Assembly: GCA_052279835.1 (NCBI GenBank)
Contig: CP181291.1
Span: 4,000,001-4,064,000, forward strand
Reading direction: 5' to 3'
DNA: 64,000 nt
From: Microcoleus sp.
GTDB lineage: Bacteria; Cyanobacteriota; Cyanobacteriia; Cyanobacteriales; Microcoleaceae
Position numbers and translations under genes: made by a program. Shown here piece after piece: positions 43,031 through 50,996 of the stretch. Positions within the stretch are counted from its first letter, which is position 1; every line of letters starts with the position of its first letter. The notes below the pieces were generated by a model, which saw nothing but the letters and a program-made list of their open reading frames with translations, was not told the origin of the DNA and searched no databases.

Positions 43031-43244
43031 CTGGGAATTCACAGAATTATGGGTAGATCCGACAGCATCACCACCTTACGTCCTAATTTTACTCGGTGAC
43101 GGTTCAGGTAATAGTTGTGTCTACGATCCTGCTCAAAATTATCAGATTGTATTTTCGAGTTCAGATTATCAAGAAGCTAAACTTTGGCTGTTAGAAGATG
43201 AATACGAACGAGTAGAACGTCGGTTACAATTGTCAGCAGCATGA
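42999..43244 (+). CDS. Putative immunity/antitoxin protein
   Basis: AAGGAG RBS inside the upstream ORF; acidic 81 aa, WLLEDEY. Confidence 0.6.
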   Translation: MSSPELNLADNWEFTELWVDPTASPPYVLILLGDGSGNSCVYDPAQNYQIVFSSSDYQEAKLWLLEDEYERVERRLQLSAA

Positions 43245-43267
43245 TCCCTATTTTTCAAAAAATGAGG

Positions 43268-43337
43268 AAGATAGATCGCCCTTTCTAACAATTCAGAAGG
43301 GCGATCGATCGTTCTATAATCAAAATGGCGATCGCTC
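43268..43337. repeat. HIP1-capped hairpin repeat cluster 3
   Basis: gatcgccctttctaacaattcagaagggcgatc...tataatcaaaatggcgatcgc. Confidence 0.85.
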
Positions 43338-43360
43338 AAAATCTTTCCCACTCACAACTA

Positions 43361-43663
43361 ATGAATCCAGCCGCACAACAACTTCCCGATTTAACAGGAC
43401 AAACCTTATCAGCAGCGATCGCCATACTGGAGAGTTACGGATTCCAATTTCAAACCAGCACAAAAGGTGGCTATCAAAGCTTTGAACACCCAGATGGTAG
43501 TATCATTAACATTAGACCAAATGGTGAAATAGTCCGTACAGGGCCAAAAATACGCGCGACGGATGGCAAAACTTACCGTCGTCGATACAATCGAGATGGA
43601 AATCAAATAAAATTTGAACCAGGGGCTAAGACACATAATACCGGAGAAAAAGTGATTCTATGA
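43361..43663 (+). CDS. Putative basic nuclease toxin (C-terminal HNTGE)
   Basis: 100 aa, Arg/Lys-rich, HPDGSIINIRPNGE, ATGA overlap with an acidic downstream ORF. Confidence 0.5.
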   Translation: MNPAAQQLPDLTGQTLSAAIAILESYGFQFQTSTKGGYQSFEHPDGSIINIRPNGEIVRTGPKIRATDGKTYRRRYNRDGNQIKFEPGAKTHNTGEKVIL

Positions 43664-44061
43664 CAACCGCGATCGCACTCAACCTCAAAACCTTTTTAGA
43701 AGACTTAAAAAGTGCCGATTTAGTAGGGGTTTCACTTCGCCCTCAAAATCTTGGCTTGCGTTTAGACTTCACCTTTGGCCCCGAAGTCGGAGATGTGGCG
43801 ATCGAGTTCGATCGCATTCTTCACCTAGTGATTTCTCGCCCCATCAATTCCGATGATGAAAATTACTGTTTTTGGGTAGGAGAAGTGGAACTCAGAAAGC
43901 TTGGAGAAAATGCTGAAACTTTCTTATCTTCCCTGTCCTATCCTTTCAATTTTCCGGCTAATTTAGATTTATCTGCGTTGAGTCATTTTCGATTAGAAGG
44001 GGATATTTTTATTGAAATAATTTGCGAATACTATAAGATTTTTCAGGAAGTTAAAAATTAA
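43660..44061 (+). CDS. Putative immunity protein
   Basis: Acidic/aromatic 133 aa, translationally coupled to the upstream ORF. Confidence 0.55.
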   Translation: MTTAIALNLKTFLEDLKSADLVGVSLRPQNLGLRLDFTFGPEVGDVAIEFDRILHLVISRPINSDDENYCFWVGEVELRKLGENAETFLSSLSYPFNFPANLDLSALSHFRLEGDIFIEIICEYYKIFQEVKN

Positions 44062-44085
44062 TTTCTATGTCATCCCCAGAGAACA

Positions 44086-44331
44086 ATGACTCACACCCTC
44101 AATATCCAACACTTGCCACCAGAAGCTATTCATTCGCTGATGCTCCATTTGCCTGACTATGTAAAAGTCGCCCTGATGGAAAAAGCTACGCAGCTAGAAT
44201 GTTCTCTGGAAGCTGCGATCGAAATGGCGATCGCTAGTTTTTTAGACTCAGAAGCTTTCAACTTTGAAGATTGTCTATTATCGCAACGTCTTAAAGAATC
44301 AGAACTGGTAGAATTTCCCCAAAGCAAATAG
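44086..44331 (+). CDS. Small RHH-like orphan antitoxin candidate
   Basis: LPDYVKVAL..A..LECSLEAAIEMAIA; preceded by a toxin 3'-end remnant. Confidence 0.5.
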   Translation: MTHTLNIQHLPPEAIHSLMLHLPDYVKVALMEKATQLECSLEAAIEMAIASFLDSEAFNFEDCLLSQRLKESELVEFPQSK

Positions 44332-44344
44332 GGTCGGCTCCCCC

Positions 44345-44374
44345 GTTTTATAATCAATCATGGCGATCGCCCTT
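44345..44374. repeat. Partial array repeat (cluster 4)
   Basis: gttttataatcaatcatggcgatcgccctt, identical to part of cluster 2. Confidence 0.8.
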
Positions 44375-44455
44375 ATTTTGCATTCAACTAACAAAAAATT
44401 GTCATTTCAGCCAAGAATTGCTAAAATGATTGCAAAATACTATTCTGATTAGCCA

Positions 44456-44677
44456 ATGAGCAACATCTCTATCAGCTTGCCAGATGAATTACTCACATAC
44501 GTCAATCAAAAAGCGCCCAACCCCAGTGCTTTGATAGAATCTCTCTTAAAACAATGGCGAAAACAACAAGAAAACCAAGCTTTAGCAGAAGCTTGCAAGC
44601 TAATTGACGAACTAGATTTAGGATGGGACGAGGAATGGCAAGCTCAAGCGATTACCGACTGGGAAGTATCTGGATAG
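44456..44677 (+). CDS. CopG/RHH antitoxin (MazE-like partner)
   Basis: ISISLPDELL..V...S.LIE; overlaps the toxin. Confidence 0.8.
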   Translation: MSNISISLPDELLTYVNQKAPNPSALIESLLKQWRKQQENQALAEACKLIDELDLGWDEEWQAQAITDWEVSG

Positions 44678-44997
44678 CTAGATTCGATCCGTCAGTAGGA
44701 ACAGAAATACGCAAAACGCGGCCTGCGTTGGTAATTTCTGGTACTCTCTTCAACGAGCGACGCAGCAAAGTGACTGTTTTGCCATTTACCTCCGCTCGTG
44801 CTCACGATCCTCGTATTTCTGCTGCTGCGATCTTAGTACCCGCATCCCCACAAAATGGTTTAGATGCAGATAGTTTGCTAGTCTGTGTCGATCCGATGAC
44901 TTTCGACAAAACGAGATTAGTACAACAAGTCGGCCAATTGGAATCGGAGTTATTTTTCCAAGCTCAAGAGATTTTGCAGCGCTATCTGGAATTATAG
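44635..44997 (+). CDS. MazF/PemK family toxin
   Basis: FDPSVGTEIRKTRPALVIS, VLPFTS. Confidence 0.92.
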   Translation: MASSSDYRLGSIWIARFDPSVGTEIRKTRPALVISGTLFNERRSKVTVLPFTSARAHDPRISAAAILVPASPQNGLDADSLLVCVDPMTFDKTRLVQQVGQLESELFFQAQEILQRYLEL

Positions 44998-45147
44998 CGA
45001 GATCCCTTTTTCACCGAAATTCAAAAAGACATCGCCCATAATTCATCAAACGATCGATCGCCCTTCTTGCATCCGCGTTAATCTGCGTCCATCTGCGGTC
45101 AAAAAATAGCGATCGCCCTTTCTAATAATTCAGAAGGGCGATCGCTC
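44998..45147. repeat. HIP1-capped hairpin repeat cluster 5
   Basis: Close copy of 42395-42548; abuts the stop codons of both flanking toxins. Confidence 0.88.
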
Positions 45148-45490
45148 AACAATTACCTATAATTCCAATCAATCCCTCTTTCAGAGACTGGATATCTACA
45201 TCTTGAATCCTTCCCAGTTTTTTGATAATCAGTTGCATCTCAATTGTCGTAATAACTGGTTTAATCATAGAAGCTTTTAAAAGACCAGCCGATCGCCAAT
45301 CTGCGATGATGATATCACCAACTTTCTGGCTACTGCCAACTTGACTCGTTATACCCATCAGAATGCGATCGGGATATTCTGCATTATAAACGTGTGAACT
45401 AATCACAACTGCTGGACGTTTTTTATTTGTAGTTTGATCGGTAAAAGGAAACTGAACTAAAACCACATCACCAAAATTATAACTCGTCAT
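45146..45490 (-). CDS. PemK/MazF family toxin
   Basis: GDVVLVQFPFTD...KKRPAVVIS, ITS. Confidence 0.92.
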   Translation of the reverse strand: MTSYNFGDVVLVQFPFTDQTTNKKRPAVVISSHVYNAEYPDRILMGITSQVGSSQKVGDIIIADWRSAGLLKASMIKPVITTIEMQLIIKKLGRIQDVDIQSLKEGLIGIIGNC

Positions 45491-45686
45491 ACTCCGCGTC
45501 CTCTGGGTTATCCCAAATTTTAGCAAAAGCTGCTTCTGAGAGTTTAGTCGCTGTATAAACGAGAAGACGAGCTTCACTTCGCGTTAATAGGAAGTCGATA
45601 AAATCTTCTAATACCGTGATTTTATCTGGCGGTAAACTGCGGATTTTTTCCATCAGCTTTGTTTCAGGATTTTGGGCGACACTCAT
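45477..45686 (-). CDS. Antitoxin (DUF2281-like)
   Basis: LPPDKITVLEDFIDFL, IWDNPEDAEYD, overlaps the toxin start. Confidence 0.75.
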   Translation of the reverse strand: MSVAQNPETKLMEKIRSLPPDKITVLEDFIDFLLTRSEARLLVYTATKLSEAAFAKIWDNPEDAEYDEL

Positions 45687-45709
45687 GTTATTTTTCATTT
45701 TTTTAATGA

Positions 45710-45790
45710 CTACATAGCACTTACTTTAACGTAAGTTGCTAATTCTATCAAATCGCGGATAACTTGCGGACGTTTTTGGATCGAGGTCAT
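45710..45790 (-). pseudogene. Truncated ParE/RelE toxin (first ~20 codons only)
   Basis: MTSIQKRPQVIRDLIELATY then stop at codon 27; directly downstream of parD. Confidence 0.75.
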
Positions 45791-45792
45791 TT

Positions 45793-46059
45793 TTATTCCT
45801 GCAACCCCTGATTCTGGGAAATACGCGATCGCACAGCTTGACGAATCTCCATCCAATCCTCCTCCGTCATCGCGGTTGGATTTCCTGATTCCAAACCTTC
45901 TAATAACATCGCTTCCAAACGTTCTGAAGCTTTGCGTTTTTGGTCTTGGCGAATTAACTCGCGGAAATACTCGCTAGCTGTACTATAACCACCTTGGGCC
46001 ACCTGTGCTTCTATATAAGTTCGCATTGAGTCAGGTAGAGAAATATTCATGCTTGTCAC
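45793..46059 (-). CDS. ParD family antitoxin
   Basis: MNISLP...V..GGYSTASEYFRELIRQDQ, LLEGLESG. Confidence 0.9.
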   Translation of the reverse strand: MTSMNISLPDSMRTYIEAQVAQGGYSTASEYFRELIRQDQKRKASERLEAMLLEGLESGNPTAMTEEDWMEIRQAVRSRISQNQGLQE

Positions 46060-46162
46060 GGGTATTACTTACCTCAGTTAACTCGTTATCTTAATTATGG
46101 CAGATTTTGCCATTTTTTGTCAAATCTCACACAACCTGTAATTTTGTAATCAGAAATTGGGA

Positions 46163-46207
46163 AGAGCGATCGCCCTTTCTCAGCCCGATTCAGAAAGGAT
46201 CTCGCTT
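46163..46207. repeat. Degenerate array repeat (cluster 6)
   Basis: agagcgatcgccctttctcagcccgattcagaaaggatctcgct. Confidence 0.7.
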
Positions 46208-46285
46208 CTGCTAAATTTATGATATAATTACTCATCAGTTACAGCTAGACTTGCCCACTTCTTTTGATATAAAGGAGTAAAGCCC

Positions 46286-46537
46286 GTGAAAATAGAAGAA
46301 TTACTGCAAAGAAAAGGAATTATTCACCGCGATCCAGAAGTTATGAGCGGTGTCCCCGTATTTGTCGGAACTCGCGTTCCCTTAAAAACTTTTTTCGATT
46401 ACCTGGAAGGTGATAGCGGTTTCGCAGAATTTATTAATGATTTTCCTTACCTAGAAAGTCAGGCAATTAAAGTGCTAGAAAATCTCACTAAGATGATGCT
46501 CTCGCTAGAAAGTGATTCAAATGCTTATATTGCTTGA
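46286..46537 (+). CDS. DUF433 antitoxin
   Basis: DPEVMSGVPVFVGTRVP, DFPYL. Confidence 0.9.
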   Translation: MKIEELLQRKGIIHRDPEVMSGVPVFVGTRVPLKTFFDYLEGDSGFAEFINDFPYLESQAIKVLENLTKMMLSLESDSNAYIA

Positions 46538-46604
46538 TGAAAATCTTTTGAGTCAAAAACTTAAGCAGCCTTTCTTAGACGAGGGTCATATCGCAACGTC
46601 TTAA
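46521..46604 (+). pseudogene. Truncated DUF5615 PIN-like toxin
   Basis: MLILLDENLLSQKLKQPFLDEGH then unrelated sequence and stop; overlaps the DUF433 gene. Confidence 0.75.
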
Positions 46605-46639
46605 GGCATCCGAATTGGTAGAATTTCCCCAAAGCAAAT

Positions 46640-48874
46640 ATGAGTAGATTCAAAATAGCTTACTCTTTCTGTGTGGTAATTGCTACTGGGCTATTTGTTC
46701 TCACTTCTCACCCAGAATTAACTCAAATTAATTTAGACATAAAATCGGCATCAGCACAACTACAAAATACACAAAATTTAAAAACACAAGCCTTTTTATT
46801 AAATCAAACAGGTGTTGCTCTATTAAATGCAAGTAGATTTGAAGAAGCTTTAGATACTTTTCAACAGCTTATCACAATATATCAAACCATCGGCGATCGC
46901 CCAGGAGAAGGTAGAACTTTAAACAGCATTGCTACAGTTTACAGCTACTTAGAAAAGTATGACAAAGCCTTGAAATTCTACCAACAAGCTTTAGCAATCC
47001 GCCAAGAAATAGGCGATCGCAAAGGCGAAGGCATAACTCTCAACGGCACTGCCGTAGTTTACCGCAGTTTGGGCCAATATGACCGAGCTTTACAATGTTA
47101 CCAGCAAGCTTTAACCATTCGTAGAGAATTAGGCGATCGACAGCAGGAAGGAATTACTCTCAACAATATGGCGGGAGTCTACGAAAATCAGGGTTTGCAC
47201 GATCGAGCTTTGGACTTCTACAAGCAAGGTTTGGCAATTTATCAAGCATTGGGCGATCGAGCCGGTGTTGGTATAAATCTCAATAATATGGGAGCAATTT
47301 ACAACAGTCTCGGAAAGTACGATCGAGCTTTGCAGTTATATCAGCAAGCCTTGGTTGCTGTTAAAGCATCAGGTAACAAAGGCATTGAAGGAACGACTCT
47401 CAATAATATAGGGGAAGTTTACAACCGTTTGGGCGAATATGCGAAGGCTGAAAAAATATTATTTGAGGCGATCGCAATTTGGGATGCGGTGCGTGTCGGC
47501 ATGACTGATACTGATAAAATCACCAATTTTGAAAAACAAGCTGATACTTACGGTTTTTTACAAACATCTTTAGTTAATCAAAACAAAACCAATACTGCTC
47601 TAGAAATTGCCGAACGTGGCAGGGCTAGAGCCTATATTGAATTATTAGCCAACCAGCTATCAGACATTCCCAAACAGCAACTAACTGTTAAAGCGCCAAC
47701 TATTTCAGAAATTAAACAAATTGCTAAAAGCCATAATTCTACAATCATTGAGTATTCGATTATTGATAGTCAGCAAATTTATATTTGGGTGATTCAGCCG
47801 ACAGGCGAAATTACATTTCGCCCCAGCAAGCTAAGTTCTATAGATGCAAGTTTGGCACAAATTGCCGAGGGTTCGAGAGTAGCTGCTGCTGTCGGGAGAG
47901 GATTGCCACCATCCGATGATATTCTGACAAAATTAGTCCGCGGTACTCGCGAAGCTGCGGGCGCACCAACCATGGCTGCTAATAGCAATTCTAGCCCATG
48001 CCGGGGCAAAAAATGCTTGCAGAAAATGTATCAACTGCTGATAGAACCAATTGCTGATTTATTGCCACCAAATCCTGAATCTCGCGTTATATTTATTCCC
48101 CATCAATCTCTGCTTTTCGTTCCATTTCCTGCTTTAGAAGATGCCTCTGGAAAATACTTAATTACCAAGCATACGATTATGACAGCACCAGCAATTCAGG
48201 TATTAGATTTAACCAGAAAATCCCGACAGCGTGCAGCTAAAATCGATCTATTGCACCCCCAAGAGCAAGATTTACTAATAGTCGGAAATCCCGCAATGCC
48301 GAGTATTGGCAACCCGCCACAGCAGTTGCCCCCATTGCCTGGTTCGGAAACAGAGGCGATCGCAATTTCCCAACTTTTCCACAGCAAACCGCTGATTGGT
48401 AAAGCAGCTACTGAATCTTTGATTAAGCAACAAATGCCCGATGCTAAAATTATTCACTTAGCAACTCACGGGTTGCTGAATGAGTTAACAGAAAATGATA
48501 TTCCGGGTGCGATCGCTCTTGCCCCATCAGCAAAGGATGATGGTTTACTTACTGCCAGGGAAATTCTCGATTTGTCGCTTCGTGCGGAATTAGTAGTGTT
48601 AAGTGCTTGTAATACTGGTAGAGGTAGGATTACGGGCGATGGTGTGATTGGATTATCTCGCTCTTTAATTACAGCAGGTGTGGCTAGTGCGATCGTTTCG
48701 CTGTGGTATGTTCCAGATAGCCCAACTAGCTTTTTAATGGTAAAATTTTATCATCAGTTGCAGGCAAATTCTGATAAAGCCCAGGCACTTCGCCAAGCAA
48801 TGTTGGCAACAATGAAGGAATATCCTAATGCTACTAATTGGGCTGCATTTACTTTAATTGGCGAAGCAGATTGA
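46640..48874 (+). CDS. TPR + CHAT domain protein
   Basis: GDR..EG.TLNN TPR repeats; IHLATHG, LSACNTG, VSLW, WAAF. Confidence 0.93.
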   Translation: MSRFKIAYSFCVVIATGLFVLTSHPELTQINLDIKSASAQLQNTQNLKTQAFLLNQTGVALLNASRFEEALDTFQQLITIYQTIGDRPGEGRTLNSIATVYSYLEKYDKALKFYQQALAIRQEIGDRKGEGITLNGTAVVYRSLGQYDRALQCYQQALTIRRELGDRQQEGITLNNMAGVYENQGLHDRALDFYKQGLAIYQALGDRAGVGINLNNMGAIYNSLGKYDRALQLYQQALVAVKASGNKGIEGTTLNNIGEVYNRLGEYAKAEKILFEAIAIWDAVRVGMTDTDKITNFEKQADTYGFLQTSLVNQNKTNTALEIAERGRARAYIELLANQLSDIPKQQLTVKAPTISEIKQIAKSHNSTIIEYSIIDSQQIYIWVIQPTGEITFRPSKLSSIDASLAQIAEGSRVAAAVGRGLPPSDDILTKLVRGTREAAGAPTMAANSNSSPCRGKKCLQKMYQLLIEPIADLLPPNPESRVIFIPHQSLLFVPFPALEDASGKYLITKHTIMTAPAIQVLDLTRKSRQRAAKIDLLHPQEQDLLIVGNPAMPSIGNPPQQLPPLPGSETEAIAISQLFHSKPLIGKAATESLIKQQMPDAKIIHLATHGLLNELTENDIPGAIALAPSAKDDGLLTAREILDLSLRAELVVLSACNTGRGRITGDGVIGLSRSLITAGVASAIVSLWYVPDSPTSFLMVKFYHQLQANSDKAQALRQAMLATMKEYPNATNWAAFTLIGEAD

Positions 48875-48943
48875 TATAGCAATCGCCTAATAGTTAAGGC
48901 GACTGCTATAGTTAGCAAGCAGGAACCCTATGGTACGCCCTGC

Positions 48944-49067
48944 GGGAGCATCCCGACTTTGCATAGGCGAAGCATGACCGCAGACAATTTATTAGTGATA
49001 ACCAGAGATTTACAGCGGTCATGCTAGAGCATCATACGAATATATTTGCACTCATTGAGATGCACTC
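48944..49067. repeat. REP/MITE-like hairpin element, copy C
   Basis: Flanks match 33195-33316; stem agcatgaccgc...gcggtcatgct. Confidence 0.8.
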
Positions 49068-49107
49068 AGCCCTGCTCTTGGTTGTGGCAATTTTAACCTC
49101 GATCGCT

Positions 49108-50070
49108 CTAGTGGACAGCCACCGCCAGATTAAGTTCTGGATCTTGAAACAAAGGAGTGCTCAGATAGCGTTCGCCAAAGCTAGGCTGAATCATCACGAT
49201 CAATTTGCCTGCATTTTCAGGACGCTTGCCAATTTTCAAGGCCGCACACAAGGCTGCACCGCTGGAAATACCAGACAACAGTCCTTCTTCTCTGGCTAAG
49301 CGACGCCCGTAGGCGATCGCCTCGTCATCGCTGACAACTACAATCTCGTCGATCGTATCCACATTCAAGACCGGCGGCACAAAACCAGCACCGATACCTT
49401 GAATTTTGTGAGGTCCAGGCTTACCACCGGAAAGTACCTGACTGTTAGCCGGCTCAACGGCGATCGTCTTAAATTCAGGTTTTCGGGACTTAATCACCTC
49501 CGAAATACCTGTAATCGTACCGCCGGTGCCAACCCCAGAAATCAGGAAATCCACCTCGCCATCTGTATCTTCCCAAATTTCCTCCGCTGTGGTTTCCCGG
49601 TGAATCTGGGGGTTCGCAGGATTCCGAAACTGCTGCAACATATAAGCATTCGGTGTTTTGTCCACAATGTCTTGAGCGCGACGGATGCAGCCACTCATGC
49701 CCTCAATTCCTGGAGTCAATTCTAATTGGGCCCCGTAAGCTCGTAACATCGATCGACGTTCCGTGCTCATCGTATCAGGCATTGTCAAAATCAACTTATA
49801 ACCCTTAGCCGCCGCCACCATGGCCAAAGCAATGCCAGTATTGCCAGAAGTCGGTTCCACTAAAACCGTTGTCCCTGGAGTAATCAGCCCTTCTGCTTCG
49901 GCTGCATTCACCATATTCACGCCAATACGGTCCTTGACAGAGGCAGCAGGATTCATGCCTTCGAGTTTGACCACAATCCGAGCTAAGCACCCTTCGGCTT
50001 GGGGAATGCGGTTGAGTTGCACCAAAGGTGTGCGGCCGACCAATTCTGTAATGTCACGAGCAATACGCAT
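49108..50070 (-). CDS. cysK: Cysteine synthase A
   Basis: [36 protein letters not shown]. Confidence 0.97.
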   Translation of the reverse strand: MRIARDITELVGRTPLVQLNRIPQAEGCLARIVVKLEGMNPAASVKDRIGVNMVNAAEAEGLITPGTTVLVEPTSGNTGIALAMVAAAKGYKLILTMPDTMSTERRSMLRAYGAQLELTPGIEGMSGCIRRAQDIVDKTPNAYMLQQFRNPANPQIHRETTAEEIWEDTDGEVDFLISGVGTGGTITGISEVIKSRKPEFKTIAVEPANSQVLSGGKPGPHKIQGIGAGFVPPVLNVDTIDEIVVVSDDEAIAYGRRLAREEGLLSGISSGAALCAALKIGKRPENAGKLIVMIQPSFGERYLSTPLFQDPELNLAVAVH

Positions 50071-50320
50071 AATCTTTGTCAGTTTGTGGTTAATGGTAAA
50101 TTCTGAAGTAAACCCACCTAAAAAAATATAATACCCAGAGTCTAGACTTCTTTAATAATTACAGATTTTATGGTCTAATATCCTTAAGACTTTCAGGTAC
50201 AGTAGCACATTTTGTTTGTATTTGCTACATTTTGAGTCAATCAATTGCATACAAATAACTTTGCTAATCTTCACAAAAGTCAATTATTAATCCCTATTAA
50301 CTTTTATCAACTATTAATAA

Positions 50321-50761
50321 TTAGATGTAGTACATGATATTGAGCTGTCGTCTGCCATTGCGTTTTTCGCACAGGTCTTGTAGGGTATATTTTTGTAAAA
50401 CGGAGTTAGCAATTGAGCGAGCTTCTTGCCAAACTTCCCAAATCACGGCACTTTCTACGGTTTGAGCTGGTGAGTCTTTTTCCGATCGCTCAAAATCCGA
50501 ACCTTCGAGGCAGTTGACAATTTCTAGGAGGGTAATTTTCCAGGGTTCCCTTGCCAAAATATAACCTCCCTTAGCCCCTCGCTGGCTGCGGATTAAACCA
50601 CAGCGTCTCATCGTAGCGAGTAACTGTTCTAAATATCGATCGGGAATATTTTGCTGAGTCGCTATCTGGCGAATTTGCAGCGGTTCACCTTCCTCATAGC
50701 AATCCGCCAACTCCAGCAAAGCCAAGATCGCATATTCGCTTTTACAGGATAGTTCCACCAT
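50321..50761 (-). CDS. Rrf2 family transcriptional regulator (CymR-like context)
   Basis: YLEQL, SQRGAKGGYILA; adjacent to cysK. Confidence 0.9.
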   Translation of the reverse strand: MVELSCKSEYAILALLELADCYEEGEPLQIRQIATQQNIPDRYLEQLLATMRRCGLIRSQRGAKGGYILAREPWKITLLEIVNCLEGSDFERSEKDSPAQTVESAVIWEVWQEARSIANSVLQKYTLQDLCEKRNGRRQLNIMYYI

Positions 50762-50860
50762 AATTTCACTTTAAAATACCATAATTTGCAAATCCGAAGT
50801 CAGAATCGATCGCAACTATTGATTTTGATCTCAAAATTCTAACTTCCCACTATTGATTAT

Positions 50861-50881
50861 ACTCCGGTTCTCCACTAGAGT
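50861..50881. promoter_or_regulatory. Possible Rrf2 autoregulatory operator
   Basis: Imperfect palindrome actccgg-N7-ctagagt 100 bp upstream of rrf2. Confidence 0.3.
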
Positions 50882-50996
50882 TTATTGACTTCCTGATTCC
50901 TCCCAACAAGAAGCCCTGCCACAGGCAGGGCTAACTTAAAATTTGAGACCTCTGGGGCGAAAGAGCATCACCCATCCAGCCTTCTAGAAGCTGTTC

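Noticed and set aside
41550..46640. Classical integron or CRISPR interpretation of the array repeats
   Set aside because: No RYYYAAC/GTTRRRY attC ends, no integrase in the window, and the spacers are whole genes.
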